This document shows positions 42,057 through 56,653 of a DNA stretch of 64,000 nt, piece after piece. The DNA is from Escherichia coli (lineage in GTDB: Bacteria; Pseudomonadota; Gammaproteobacteria; Enterobacterales; Enterobacteriaceae), in NCBI RefSeq assembly GCF_016026235.1, contig NZ_CP065613.1; one strand, written 5' to 3'. The notes beneath the pieces were generated by a model. That model ran no database searches. It was not told where the DNA came from and saw only the letters and a list, made by a program, of their open reading frames with translations. How positions within the stretch are numbered: the stretch's first letter is position 1; each line of letters starts with the position of its first letter. Position numbers and translations under genes: made by a program.

Positions 42057-42386
42057 ATGCAGTTTGTCATGCGGCTTGCCCGGGAGTTCCGGCGGGCAGA
42101 CTGGCGGCGGATGCTGTCGGAAATGTCGGCCACTGAGCTTGGTGAGTGGGGCGATTATTTCCGGATGCAGAGCTTCAGTGATGTGTGGATGGATGCGCAG
42201 TTTGCCTCGCTGAAGGCATTGATCGTGAGAATGGTGTCCGGCAGCAGCGATGCTGCGGTGGCTGATTTCAGCCTTTTACCGGAAGAGAACGGGATACCGG
42301 AGCGAACGGACGAAGAACTGATGCATCTTGGGGAAGGTATTTCCGGAGGTGTGCGTTATGGACCAGATAGCCAACCTGGTCATTGA
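42057..42386 (+). CDS. gpT-like segment, probably expressed as G-T fusion by programmed -1 frameshift
   Basis: ORF in the -1 frame relative to G, with no plausible start of its own; GAAAAG run at the end of G. Confidence 0.5.
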   Translation: MQFVMRLAREFRRADWRRMLSEMSATELGEWGDYFRMQSFSDVWMDAQFASLKALIVRMVSGSSDAAVADFSLLPEENGIPERTDEELMHLGEGISGGVRYGPDSQPGH

Positions 42387-45300
42387 TTTGGGGATTGATG
42401 CGGCAGAGTTTAAAAATGAAATTCCCCGTATCAAAAACCTTCTGAATGGTGCAGCCAGCGATGCAGAACGGTCTTCTGCCCGTATGCAGCGTTTTATGGA
42501 GCGTCAGACTCAGGCCGCCCGGCAGACAACGCAGGCGGCTTCTTCGGCTGCAACAGCCGCATCCGTCCATGCGCAGACGGTGGAGAAGAACGCACAGGCT
42601 CATGAACGCATGGCCCGCGAGGTGGAGAAAACCCGCCAGCGCATGGAGGCGCTGAGCCAGAAAATGCGCGAGGAACAGGCGCAGGCCAGGGCACTGGCGG
42701 AGGCGCAGGATAAAGCGGCTGCCGCCTTTTATCGCCAGATTGACAGTGTGAAACAGGCCGGTGCGGGGCTTCAGGAATTACAGCGTATTCAGCAGCAGAT
42801 CCGACAGGCCAGAAACAGTGGCGGGGTTGGTCAGCAGGATTATCTGGCGCTGATTTCGGAGATCACGGCGAAAACCCGTGCCCTGACGCAGGCAGAGGAA
42901 CAGGCCACCCGGCAGAAAGCGGCGTTTATCCGCCAGCTTAAAGAGCAGGCAACCCGCCAGAATCTGTCGTCTTCTGAGTTGCTTCGCGCCAGGGCGGCTC
43001 AGCTGGGGGTAAGCAGTGCTGCAGAAGTGTATATCCGCAAAATGGAGCGGGCAGGAAAAGCCACACATTCGCTGGGGCTGAAAAGTGCGGCAGCCCGGCG
43101 GGAGCTGGGGGTGTTAATCAGTCAGATGGCGCGCGGCAATTTTGGTGCGCTGAGGGGATCCGGGATAACGCTGGCTAACCGTGCCGGATGGACAGGCGCA
43201 CTGATGTCGCCGAAAGGCATGATGACTGGCGGCGTTATTGGCGGACTTGTCGCGGCGGTCCTGGGTCTGGGTAAAGCCTGGCATGACGGCCGGAAGGAGG
43301 GCGAGGAATTTAACCGTCAGCTGGCGCTGACGGGACATTATGCCGGTGTCACTGTCGGGCAGTTGTGGAAACTCAGCCGGGCCATATCCGGGAATGGTAT
43401 CACGCAACATGCGGCAGCCGGTGCGCTGGCACAGGTGGTGGGCAGTGGGGCATTTCATGGAAACGATATTGGTATGGTGGCGAAAGCTGCCGCACAGATG
43501 GAGCGATCGGTTGGCCAGTCGGTCAGCGATACCATAAATCAGTTTAAGCGGCTGAAGGATGATCCTGTAAATGCCGCGAAGGCGCTGGACAATGCGCTGC
43601 ATTTTTTGACTGCCACTCAGCTTGAGCAGATACGCGTCCTTGGGGAGCAGGGGCGGTCCAGTGATGCGGCCCGGATCGCCATGTCTGCGCTGGCAGAGGA
43701 AACCGGTAAACGCACATCTGATATTGATAATAATCTCAATGCGCTGGGTAGTACGCTGCAAACCTTGTCTGACTGGTGGAAGCAGTTCTGGGATGCGGCC
43801 ATGAATATTGGTCGTGAAGACTCGCTGGATGCGCAGATTGATGCGTTACAGGAAAAAATTCAGCGCGCGAAAAAATATCCGTGGACAAACGCCTCCACAC
43901 AGGTGGAGTACGATCAGCAGCGTCTTAACGATCTTCAGGAGAAAAAACGCCGGAAGGATTTGCAGGATGCAAAAGCGCAGGCAGAACGGAATTACCAGGA
44001 GCAACAGAAACGCCGGAATGCTGAAAATGCCGCGCTGAACCGGATGAATGAAACGGAAGCTGCACGACATCAGCGGGAAATTGCGCGTATTAATGCCATG
44101 CAGTACGCCGACCAGGCTGTCAGGGATGCGGCGATACAGCGTGAAAATGAACGTTACGAAAAAGCCATTAAGAAAAATACACGGGCAACCCGTAATGATG
44201 AGGCCACCCGGTTATTGCTGCAGTACAGTCAGCAGCAGGCACAGGTGGAAGGGCAGATTGCTGCTGCCAGACAGTCAGCAGGCATTGCCACTGAAAGGAT
44301 GACTGAAGCGCATAAACAGCTTCTGGCCCTGCAGCAGCGCATCAGCGACCTGGGCGGGAAAAAGCTGACGGCAGATGAAAAGAGTGTGCTGGCCCGTAAG
44401 AATGAGCTGATTCAGGCGCTGACGCTGCTGGATGTGAAACAGCAGGAGCTGCAGAAACAGACAGCGCTTAACGACCTGAGAAAAAAAACGGTTCAGCTGA
44501 CCAGCCAGCTGGCAGACAAAGAACGTGCACTGCGTGAGCAGCACAATCTGGATATTGCCACTGCAGGTATGGGGATAAGCAGCGGCAGCGCTACCAGGCA
44601 CAGTTGCGCATCCGGCAGGAATACCGGCAACAGTTGCAACAGCTTGAGAATGACAGTCGCCAGAAAGGCACTTACGGGACGGAGGACTACCGGAGGGCTG
44701 AGGAGGTGCTGAAGGGGAGCCTGAAGCGACAACTGAATGAAAACAAACGCTACTGGCAGGAACTGGAAGTGGCGCAGGGCGACTGGAAAAACGGTGCCAT
44801 GCGGGCGTTTCAGAATTTTACGGCGGATGCGGATAATGCGGCGGGAACGGCAGAACAGATGTTTACAGTGGCATTCAGCAGTGCCGGTAATGCACTGGCG
44901 ACATTCTGTACCACCGGTAAGCTGAATTTTAAATCCTTTACCTCTTCCCTGTTGTCAGATATGGCCAGAATTATGGCACAGATGGCCATGATGCAGGCGG
45001 TAAAGGGCGTCGGTTCTTTATTCGGCTTCACGACTAATGCTGATGGCGGTGTTTACCAGTCTGCTGATTTGAGTCGCTACAGTGGCACGGTGGTTAACCG
45101 TCCGACGTTTTTTGCTTTTGCAAAAGGCGCGGGTGTGATGGGGGAAGCGGGACCTGAAGCCATTCTGCCACTGCGTCGCGGTGCTGATGGTAAGCTGGGG
45201 GTTGTGGCGGATACTGGTGGTTCAGGCATGGTGATGTTTGCCCCGCAGTACAACATTGAGATCAATAACGATGGCACGAACGGGCAGATAGGTCCGGCTG

Positions 45301-45398
45301 CCCTGAAGGTGGTTTATGACCTCGGGAAAAAAGCGGCCGCGGACTTTATGCAACAGCAGGCCCGTGATGGTGGCCGGTTAAGTGGAGCATACCGGTAA
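42358..45398 (+). CDS. Tail tape measure protein (gpH-like), reading frame broken once
   Basis: Long Ala/Gln-rich coiled-coil protein; 794-aa ORF continues in the -1 frame as a 264-aa ORF; adding one G to the G4 run at 44571..44574 gives about 1013 aa. Confidence 0.8.
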
Positions 45399-45727
45399 TG
45401 GAGACGTTTCACTGGAAAGTGCGCCCGGATATGAATGTGGTATCAGAGCCGAAAGTGGTGACAGTGAAGCTGGGCGATGGTTATGAACAGCGTCGTGCGG
45501 CGGGACTGAATAACCAGTTGTCGACTTACAGCGTGACGATACGTGTTCGTAAAGGTGAACACCCATCTTTAAAAGCCTTTCTGGAACGGCACGGTGGCGT
45601 CCGCGCATTTCAGTGGACGCCACCTTATGACTGGAAGCCGATCAGGGTGGTTTGTCGTAAATGGTCGGCAAGCGTGGGGGCGTTGTGGGTAACCATAACG
45701 GCAGATTTTGAACAGGTCGTGGCATAG
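45398..45727 (+). CDS. Minor tail protein M
   Basis: 109 aa, same length and position as lambda M. Confidence 0.75.
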   Translation: METFHWKVRPDMNVVSEPKVVTVKLGDGYEQRRAAGLNNQLSTYSVTIRVRKGEHPSLKAFLERHGGVRAFQWTPPYDWKPIRVVCRKWSASVGALWVTITADFEQVVA

Positions 45728-45736
45728 GAGTCTCTG

Positions 45737-46435
45737 ATGCAGGATATTCCACAGGAAACACATCATGAGACGACACGCCTCACTCAGTCAGCCCAGGTGG
45801 TGCTCTGGGAAATCGATCTGACAGTGGTCGGTGGAGAACGTTATTTTTTCTGTAATGAGCAGAACGATAAAGGTGAGCCGGTCACCTGGCAGAGGCGACA
45901 GTATCAGGCGTATCCCATTCAGGGGACGGGATTTGAACTGAACGGCAAAGGCAGTGCTGCCCGTCCGACACTGACGGTTTCTAACCTGCACGGCATGGTC
46001 ACCGGGATGGCGGAAGACCTGCAGAGTCTGGTCGGAGGAACGGTGGTCCGGCGTAAGGTTTACGCCCGTTTTCTGGATGCGGTGAACTTCGTCAACGGAA
46101 ACAGTGACGCCGATCCGGAGCAGGAGGTGATCAGCCGCTGGCGCATCGAGCAGTGCAGCGAACTGAGCGCGGTGAGTGCCTCTTTTGTACTGTCCACGCC
46201 GACGGAAACGGACGGCGCTGTTTTTCCGGGGCGCATCATGCTGGCTAATACCTGCACCTGGACCTATCGCGGTGATGAGTGCGGTTATCACGGTCCGGCG
46301 GTCGCGGATGAATATGACCAGCCGACCTCCGATATCACGAAGGATAAATGCAGCAAATGCCTGAGCGGCTGTAAGTTTCGCAATAACGTCGGCAACTTTG
46401 GCGGCTTCCTTTCCATTAACAAACTTTCGCAGTGA
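45737..46435 (+). CDS. Minor tail protein L
   Basis: 232 aa; C-terminal Cys cluster (CSKCLSGCKF) as in lambda L. Confidence 0.8.
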   Translation: MQDIPQETHHETTRLTQSAQVVLWEIDLTVVGGERYFFCNEQNDKGEPVTWQRRQYQAYPIQGTGFELNGKGSAARPTLTVSNLHGMVTGMAEDLQSLVGGTVVRRKVYARFLDAVNFVNGNSDADPEQEVISRWRIEQCSELSAVSASFVLSTPTETDGAVFPGRIMLANTCTWTYRGDECGYHGPAVADEYDQPTSDITKDKCSKCLSGCKFRNNVGNFGGFLSINKLSQ

Positions 46436-47184
46436 ATCCCATGACAGAGACAGAATCAGCGATTCTGGCGCACGCCCGGCGATGTGCGCCAGCGGAGTCG
46501 TGCGGCTTCGTGGTGAGAACACCGGAGGGGGAAAGATATTTTCCCTGCGTGAATATCTCCGGTGAGCCGGAGGAGTATTTCCGGATGTCGCCGGAGGACT
46601 GGCTGCGGGCAGAGATGCAGGGTGAGATTGTGGCGCTGGTCCACAGCCACCCCGGTGGTCTGCCCTGGCTGAGTGAGACCGACCGGCGGCTGCAGGTGCA
46701 GAGTGATTTGCCGTGGTGGCTGGTTTGCCGGGGGGCGATTCACAAGTTCCGCTGTGTGCCACATCTTTCCGGGCGGCGCTTTGAGCACGGGGTGACGGAC
46801 TGTTACACGCTGTTCCGGGATGCTTACCATCTGGCGGGGATTGAGATGCCGGATTTTCATCGCGAGGATGACTGGTGGCGTAACGGTCAGAATCTCTATC
46901 TGGATAATCTGGAGGCCACAGGGCTGTATCAGGTGCCGTTGTCAGCGGCGCAGCCGGGCGATGTGCTGCTGTGCTGTTTTGGTTCATCGGTGCCGAATCA
47001 TGCCGCCATTTACTGTGGTGACGGCGAGCTGCTGCACCATATTCCTGAACAACTGAGCAAACGAGAGAGGTACACCGACAAATGGCAGCGACGCACACAC
47101 TCCCTCTGGCGTCACCGGGCATGGCACGCATCTGCCTTTACGGGGATTTACAACGATTTGGCCGCCGCATCGACCTTCGAGTGA
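46432..47184 (+). CDS. Tail assembly protein K (JAB/MPN plus NlpC/P60-like)
   Basis: HSHPGG JAB motif and a Cys/His peptidase-like C-terminus. Confidence 0.8.
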   Translation: MNPMTETESAILAHARRCAPAESCGFVVRTPEGERYFPCVNISGEPEEYFRMSPEDWLRAEMQGEIVALVHSHPGGLPWLSETDRRLQVQSDLPWWLVCRGAIHKFRCVPHLSGRRFEHGVTDCYTLFRDAYHLAGIEMPDFHREDDWWRNGQNLYLDNLEATGLYQVPLSAAQPGDVLLCCFGSSVPNHAAIYCGDGELLHHIPEQLSKRERYTDKWQRRTHSLWRHRAWHASAFTGIYNDLAAASTFE

Positions 47185-47729
47185 AAACGGGGTCCGAAGC
47201 CATCCGGGCGCTGGCCATGCAGATCCCGGCGTTTCGTCAGAAACTGAGCGACGGCTGGTACCAGGTACGCATTGCCGGGCGTGATGCAGGTGAAACCGAA
47301 TTGTCTGCCCGTCTTAATGAGCCGCTGGCAAATGGTGCCGTGATCCACATCGTGCCGCGTCTGGCGGGAGCTAAAAGTGGCAGTGTGTTTCAGGTGGTGC
47401 TGGGGGTGGCGCTGATTGCGGTGGCATGGTGGAACCCTGTGGGCTGGCTGGGTGCCGCGGCTGTATCGGGCATGTATGCGGCAGGGGCCAGTATGATCCT
47501 GGGCGGAGTGGCGCAGATGCTGGCACCGAAAGCCAGGACGCCCACGGCAGCAAGTACAGATAACGGCAAACAGAACACCTATTTCTCCTCACTGGATAAC
47601 ATGGTTGCCCAGGGCAATGTTCTGCCCGTTCTGTACGGTGAAATGCGCGTGGGGTCGCGGGTGGTCTCTCAGGAGATCCGCACGGCAGACGAAGGGGATG
47701 GTGGTCAGGTTGTGGTGATTGGTCGCTGA
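47082..47729 (+). CDS. Tail assembly protein I
   Basis: 215 aa overlapping the end of K, as in lambda; hydrophobic Gly/Ala-rich C-terminus. Confidence 0.7.
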   Translation: MAATHTLPLASPGMARICLYGDLQRFGRRIDLRVKTGSEAIRALAMQIPAFRQKLSDGWYQVRIAGRDAGETELSARLNEPLANGAVIHIVPRLAGAKSGSVFQVVLGVALIAVAWWNPVGWLGAAAVSGMYAAGASMILGGVAQMLAPKARTPTAASTDNGKQNTYFSSLDNMVAQGNVLPVLYGEMRVGSRVVSQEIRTADEGDGGQVVVIGR

Positions 47730-47786
47730 TGAAAAACGTTTTATGTGAAACCGCCTCCGGGCGGTTTTGTCGTTTATGGAGCGTGA

Positions 47787-51198
<3,412 letters not shown>

Positions 51199-51219
51199 AA
51201 TTGTTATAACCCATATAAG

Positions 51220-51243
51220 GGCACCAGAAATGGTGCCTTTTTT
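51220..51243 (+). terminator. Rho-independent terminator after J
   Basis: GGCACCAGAAATGGTGCC followed by TTTTTT. Confidence 0.5.
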
Positions 51244-51267
51244 ATTGCAGAAAAGCGAGAGGTAATT

Positions 51268-51867
51268 ATGCGTAAACTTTATGCCGCCATTTTGTCCGCA
51301 GCCATTTGTCTGGCCGTATCCGGTGCGCCTGCATGGGCATCTGAACATCAGTCCACGCTGAGCGCGGGGTATCTTCATGCCTCGACGAACGTTCCCGGCA
51401 GCGATGATCTTAACGGGATTAACGTGAAATACCGTTATGAGTTTACGGACACACTGGGGCTGGTGACGTCATTCAGCTATGCAGGAGACAAGAATCGCCA
51501 GCTTACCCGTTACAGCGATACCCGCTGGCATGAAGATTCCGTGCGTAACCGCTGGTTCAGCGTGATGGTGGGGCCGTCTGTGCGCGTGAATGAATGGTTC
51601 AGCGCGTATGCGATGGCGGGTATGGCTTACAGCCGTGTGTCGACTTTCTCCGGGGATTATCTCCGCGTAACTGACAACAAGGGGAAAACGCACGACGTGC
51701 TGACCGGAAGTGATGACGGTCGCCACAGCAACACGTCTCTGGCGTGGGGAGCTGGCGTGCAGTTTAACCCGACCGAATCCGTGGCCATTGACCTTGCTTA
51801 TGAAGGTTCCGGCAGTGGCGACTGGCGCACTGACGGTTTCATCGTGGGTGTCGGTTATAAGTTCTGA
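51268..51867 (+). CDS. lom: Lom/Ail-family outer membrane beta-barrel protein
   Basis: 199 aa with signal peptide and C-terminal …GVGYKF; classic moron position after J. Confidence 0.8.
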
Positions 51868-51930
51868 TTAGCCAGGTAACACAGTGTTATGACAGCCCGC
51901 TGGTTCAGGCGGGCTTTTTGTGGGGTGAAT

Positions 51931-53343
51931 ATGGCAGTAAAGATTTCAGGTGTACTGAAAGATGGGGCGGGTAAACCTGTCGTAAATTGTGCGATTGAAC
52001 TGCGGGCCAGAAGAACCAGTCCGACCGTTGTGGCACACGTTGTTGCCACTTGCGTGACGGACAATAACGGTGCTTATGTGATTGAGGCTGAGCCGGGGTA
52101 TTACGAGGTTGCGCTTCACTGTAACGGCTGGCAGCCAACCCGTGTCGGGGATATTGATGTGGCACCGACTGATGCACCGGGGACACTGAACGCGTTTCTG
52201 AATGCACCAAAGGATGGTGATTTACGTCCGGAGGTGATGAAGCGCTTTGAGGAAATGGTGGCGCAGGCGCAGCAGAGTGCCGGGGCTGCAGCCGGAAACG
52301 CACAGCAGACGGCGCAGAATGTGGCGGCAGCCGCAACGGCCCGTGATGATGCACAACGTTTTGCGGAGAATGCCAGACAGGATGCAGTTGCCACTGCAGA
52401 GGACAGAAAGGCCACTGCGGAAGACGTGAAAAGCACGGGGAAAAACGCCGTCTTATCCGGTCAGCGTGCACAGGCAGCCGCAGGTTATGCCCGCGCAGCA
52501 GAACAGGCCAAAAATGACATTGATGCTGCGCTGACCGGCACTCTGAAAACGGCTAACCATCTGTCAGAAATCGCAGCAGCAGGCGAAAAGGCACAACAGA
52601 AGTCCCGGGATAATCTGGGGCTGAAAAGTGCGGCCACGATGGAAGCACAGAGCGACATTTACGACCGGACAAAAGGCCGTCTGGCGATACCCGGCGCATT
52701 CGGCTTTGGGTGTGCTTTTCTGCCTGAAGATGTTATCCGTTTTGACACTAAGAGTGATTTCCTGGCCTGGGTAAGGAATGCGCTGCCAGGTGAGTATTCC
52801 GTTGCTGGCCGCCTGGGCATCATACCCGACACACGGTTTGAAGGGGTGCTCAGCATCCGGTGGACTGATGCACGCCCTGAGACAACAGAACCGCGGTACA
52901 GAGCCAAATCCCTTACTTTTTACGGCATTAACGGCCCCATTTATCACACCCGCTACTGCTACTGGCCCATATCCAGACTGACTGACTGGGTGAAAATAAA
53001 TATAACCACAGAAGATATTATTTACAGAATCGTGGCGAGCTCTGTCTGCAACAGATGGGGAGACCCTGACATTGGCGGGCTGATTATTGCTGCGTACCAG
53101 GGAGAAGCTGACGGTGATAAAGTCATCAGACTTGTCAGGGGGCAGTCATACAGAGGCTCACGACTGGGACCGGTGGGGATTTCAGTGCCCAGTACTCCCA
53201 CCGGAACGCATATAGCATACCCACAATTTTTCATTACGGGATGTTCAGAGCATTCATTACCGGGGTCATATTGCGCCCTGTCCGGGGTGCCGGATGCACA
53301 TGTCTCTGGCGCAATGCCCGGGCTTTTTATTCGCACATCGTGA
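51931..53343 (+). CDS. Side tail fibre protein (Stf-like)
   Basis: N-terminus MAVKISGVLKDGAGKPV… as in lambdoid Stf; 471 aa from this Met. Confidence 0.7.
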   Translation: MAVKISGVLKDGAGKPVVNCAIELRARRTSPTVVAHVVATCVTDNNGAYVIEAEPGYYEVALHCNGWQPTRVGDIDVAPTDAPGTLNAFLNAPKDGDLRPEVMKRFEEMVAQAQQSAGAAAGNAQQTAQNVAAAATARDDAQRFAENARQDAVATAEDRKATAEDVKSTGKNAVLSGQRAQAAAGYARAAEQAKNDIDAALTGTLKTANHLSEIAAAGEKAQQKSRDNLGLKSAATMEAQSDIYDRTKGRLAIPGAFGFGCAFLPEDVIRFDTKSDFLAWVRNALPGEYSVAGRLGIIPDTRFEGVLSIRWTDARPETTEPRYRAKSLTFYGINGPIYHTRYCYWPISRLTDWVKINITTEDIIYRIVASSVCNRWGDPDIGGLIIAAYQGEADGDKVIRLVRGQSYRGSRLGPVGISVPSTPTGTHIAYPQFFITGCSEHSLPGSYCALSGVPDAHVSGAMPGLFIRTS

Positions 53344-53353
53344 GGAATGCACC

Positions 53354-53917
53354 GTGGAAATTAAAAAAATCATTAATCCCCGTTATACCGAAAGTGGCGC
53401 AGTAGACTGTGACGTTTTTTTTGACGACAGGGACCAGGCAGTTCCCTACACAGCCACCGCTGATGATGTCGCACCGACGGGTCAGCAAATCTGGCAGGAA
53501 CTGCAAAGTGGCAAATGGGGTGAGATAGCCCCATTCACTGTGACACCAGAAATGCTGGAAGCGGCCAGAGAGGCCAGACGTCAGGAAATTGAAGCATGGC
53601 GCGCAGAACAGGAGGCGAAGCCGTTCACGTTTGAATGGAACGGTCGTATCTGGAATGCTGGTCCCGACTCACTGGGCCGCCTGTCCCCGGTAGTCATGCT
53701 GGCAAAATCTGTCACAGCACAAACACATATGGCGTGGAGCGATGCCGATAATCAGCAGGTGAAACTGTCGATGCCGGAACTGGAAGAACTGGCGGCAGCA
53801 ATGGTGCAGGCGCAGGTCGATCGCAACGATGAGATTTATCGCCGTCAGCGGGAGCTGAAGGAAGAGCTGAATAGTCTGAAGGATTTGAATTCGGTTAGGA
53901 ATTTTATCGTGGAATAA
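53354..53917 (+). CDS. Tail fibre assembly protein (Tfa-like)
   Basis: ORF after stf; GTG at 53354 preceded by GAGGAA; ORF-track start at 53294 overlaps the stf 3' end. Confidence 0.55.
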   Translation: MEIKKIINPRYTESGAVDCDVFFDDRDQAVPYTATADDVAPTGQQIWQELQSGKWGEIAPFTVTPEMLEAAREARRQEIEAWRAEQEAKPFTFEWNGRIWNAGPDSLGRLSPVVMLAKSVTAQTHMAWSDADNQQVKLSMPELEELAAAMVQAQVDRNDEIYRRQRELKEELNSLKDLNSVRNFIVE

Positions 53918-54117
53918 CAGAAGCTGCGGCACGTCGTATGCAGGAACGTGCCGCGGTTGGCTGGTAAACTTTCGATAGTGCGAGTATTGAATGATTTCTA
54001 GGCGTTATCGATTTTACGTATTTTTTGCATGATAGAATTCGTACCTCCTCCCAACGACCTTCCATGGCTTTCCGGACTTCTGTAGGCTGGCGGACGATGC
54101 TGTCCTCGGATGTTGTG

Positions 54118-54975
54118 CTAATTGGGTGATAACAGATCCTGTGTATGGGCGTTTCCCTTTGTGCGTGCGTTGATGCTGGTAACGGTAAACGTCATGATGA
54201 ACACGACCGCGAATAAGACGACAATCGTCGGAGCTGGTGCGCTGTCGATAAAAAAGGACAGCCAGACACCAGTCATTGACACTATTACCGATATGCCAGT
54301 CGCCAGTAGGAGCGCAATATGAAAGCGTTGTGTCAGGAGTACTGCAATGGCGCCAGGCGCAATGAGCAGAGAAATAGAGAGAATGATACCTACTGCTTTC
54401 AGCGTCGCCACAATGGTCAGGGAAACCATGCACAGCAGCCCATAATGCAGCCATCTCGTATGCAAACCGCTTACCTGCGCCTGTTGATAATCAAAGCTGA
54501 ACAGCAAAAAATCCCGCCATTTTACGCTAATAACAAGTGTAACCAGCCCGGCAATAATCACCGTCTGGATTATATCGCCGATGGTTATCCCGAGCATGTC
54601 GCCGAAAAGAATATGGTCAAGATGTACGTCTGGTTTGATTGCAATATACAAGATCAGACCTGCGGCAAACATGCCAGAAAAAACAATCCCCATAACTGTA
54701 TCTTGCTTGATTCGGCTGTTGTCTTTCAGGTATCCCGTCGCCACCGCGCAGAATACTCCGGCGACGAATGCCCCTGTAGCCAGAGGTAACCCCAGAATCC
54801 AGGTAAGCACGATGCCAGGAAAAACCGCATGACTCATCGCGTCACCCATCAGTGCCCAACCTTTCAGGACCAGAAAGACCGACAGCAGCGCACAGGGTAT
54901 GGAAACTACCAGTGAAATCAGCAGTGCGTGACTCATAAAGGTGAACTGCAGTGGCTCCAGTAATAATGCCATCAT
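54118..54975 (-). CDS. sitD: Mn/Fe ABC transporter permease SitD
   Basis: 285-aa polytopic membrane protein; last gene of a four-gene operon with overlapping stops and starts. Confidence 0.8.
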   Translation of the reverse strand: MMALLLEPLQFTFMSHALLISLVVSIPCALLSVFLVLKGWALMGDAMSHAVFPGIVLTWILGLPLATGAFVAGVFCAVATGYLKDNSRIKQDTVMGIVFSGMFAAGLILYIAIKPDVHLDHILFGDMLGITIGDIIQTVIIAGLVTLVISVKWRDFLLFSFDYQQAQVSGLHTRWLHYGLLCMVSLTIVATLKAVGIILSISLLIAPGAIAVLLTQRFHIALLLATGISVIVSMTGVWLSFFIDSAPAPTIVVLFAVVFIMTFTVTSINARTKGNAHTQDLLSPN

Positions 54976-55829
54976 GAGCGATCCTCCAGCGCTTTATGCG
55001 CACGCCGACGATTTGCCAAAAGTCCATGGGTGGGCGCAAATACAAATGCTAAAAGAAACAGCAGTGTCTGCGCCACCACGATGATTCCACCTGTCGCGCC
55101 GTCCAGAAAGTAACTGACCCACGCGCCGAGGAAACTGGTTACACTGCCAATAGTTACAGCAATTATGAGCAGGCGGGGAAAACGATCGGTTAACAACCAT
55201 GCTGTTGCACCGGGAGTCACCACCAGACAGATCACCAGAAAGGCACCAACCGTTTGCAGCGCCGCAACGGTCGAAACCGACAGCAGGGTGAAGAAGAGGA
55301 TTTTTAATCTGCCCGGATGTAATCCAATAGCACGGGCGTGATTCTCGTCGAAAAAGGTCACCATAAGATCTTTCCATTTGAAAAAAAGCACGATGATCGA
55401 GAGAATGCCAATGATAGTGAGTTGCAGGATATCCGCCGGATCGATTGCCAGAATATTGCCCAGGACGATGGTCTGAATGTTCACGGATGTCGGGTTCAAT
55501 GACACCATAAACAGCCCCAGGCCAAAAAAGGACGAGAAGATCAGGCCGATGATGGCATCTTCTTTTAAGCGGGTGCGTTGGTTAAGAAACAGCATGCTGC
55601 CCGCTGCCAGTCCGCCGGAAAAGAAGGCTCCCAGAGAAAACGGAAGCCCCAGCATATATGCCCCCGCAACACCCGGGACAATAGAGTGCGACAGCGCATC
55701 GCCAATCAGCGACCAGCCTTTTAGCATCAGATAGCATGACAGGAAAGCGCAGAGACCGCCGACCATTGCCGAGACCCACATCGCATTGAGCATATATTCA
55801 TAGCTGAAGGGTTCCAGTAGCACGTTCAT
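54972..55829 (-). CDS. sitC: Mn/Fe ABC transporter permease SitC
   Basis: 285-aa membrane protein, paralogous to the next permease. Confidence 0.8.
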   Translation of the reverse strand: MNVLLEPFSYEYMLNAMWVSAMVGGLCAFLSCYLMLKGWSLIGDALSHSIVPGVAGAYMLGLPFSLGAFFSGGLAAGSMLFLNQRTRLKEDAIIGLIFSSFFGLGLFMVSLNPTSVNIQTIVLGNILAIDPADILQLTIIGILSIIVLFFKWKDLMVTFFDENHARAIGLHPGRLKILFFTLLSVSTVAALQTVGAFLVICLVVTPGATAWLLTDRFPRLLIIAVTIGSVTSFLGAWVSYFLDGATGGIIVVAQTLLFLLAFVFAPTHGLLANRRRAHKALEDRS

Positions 55830-56653
55830 CTTGCTTCCCTCTGCACCGCTGACGGTCGATGTGCCACAAAAGGGCGTTCATCGTCAGTAATAATGCTTTC
55901 TTCCGAGCCGTTAAGTGTGACATGGCGCAGTACGCCGCTAAAAGCCAGCTCCAGGTTCTCGGCTGTAAAAGTGGTGTCTGTCGGCCCGCTTGCCAGGACG
56001 GTGCCTTTGACCATGACCGTATAATCGCAAAATGTCGTGACTGAGCCGAGATTGTGCGTTGAGACAAGCATCGTTTTGCCTTCCGCGCGTAACTCCCTCA
56101 ACAGGCTGATGATTTTCGCTTCGGTTTTCACATCAACGCCGGTAAAAGGTTCATCCAGCAGGATCACATCACCCTGCTGTGCAATCGCTCTCGCCAGAAA
56201 GACGCGTTTCTTTTGTCCACCGGAAAGCTCGCCGATTTGACGATGGCGAAAATCCACCATATCGACACGTTCCAGCGCATCGGTGACAATCTGACGATCC
56301 CTCTTTTTGGCTATACGCAACATACCCATATGCCCATAGCGGCCCATCATCACCACATCTTCCACCAGTACAGGAAATGACCAGTCAACCTCTTCTGACT
56401 GAGGGACGTAGGCAACCAGGTTTTTCTGTAGCGCCTGTCGCGTGGGAATACCCAGAACAGATATCTTTCCGCTGGTCAGACGCACAAATCCCATAATCGC
56501 TTTAAACAACGTCGATTTTCCGGAACCGTTTACCCCAACCAGAGCGGCAATAGATCCACTTGGTACTGTGAAGGATGCATCGCGCAGTGCTGTGTGCCCG
56601 TTACGCCAGGTGACAGTAACATCATTAACGACAATGCCTGCAGATTGCATCAT
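55826..56653 (-). CDS. sitB: Mn/Fe ABC transporter ATP-binding protein SitB
   Basis: GVNGSGKST Walker A, LSGGQ signature, ILLDEP Walker B. Confidence 0.85.
   Translation of the reverse strand: MMQSAGIVVNDVTVTWRNGHTALRDASFTVPSGSIAALVGVNGSGKSTLFKAIMGFVRLTSGKISVLGIPTRQALQKNLVAYVPQSEEVDWSFPVLVEDVVMMGRYGHMGMLRIAKKRDRQIVTDALERVDMVDFRHRQIGELSGGQKKRVFLARAIAQQGDVILLDEPFTGVDVKTEAKIISLLRELRAEGKTMLVSTHNLGSVTTFCDYTVMVKGTVLASGPTDTTFTAENLELAFSGVLRHVTLNGSEESIITDDERPFVAHRPSAVQREAR

Noticed and set aside
43114-43761. 215-aa minus-strand ORF and other short ORFs inside the tape measure gene
   Set aside because: Antisense or overlapping frames of a strongly supported long gene.
45788-47131. 447-aa minus-strand ORF
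   Set aside because: Antisense to the well-supported L, K and I tail genes; no start context; composition implausible.
54014-55377. Plus- and minus-strand ORFs overlapping sitC and sitD (for example 54319..54789, 54994..55377)
   Set aside because: Overlap clear membrane-permease frames; Arg/Cys-rich junk translations.
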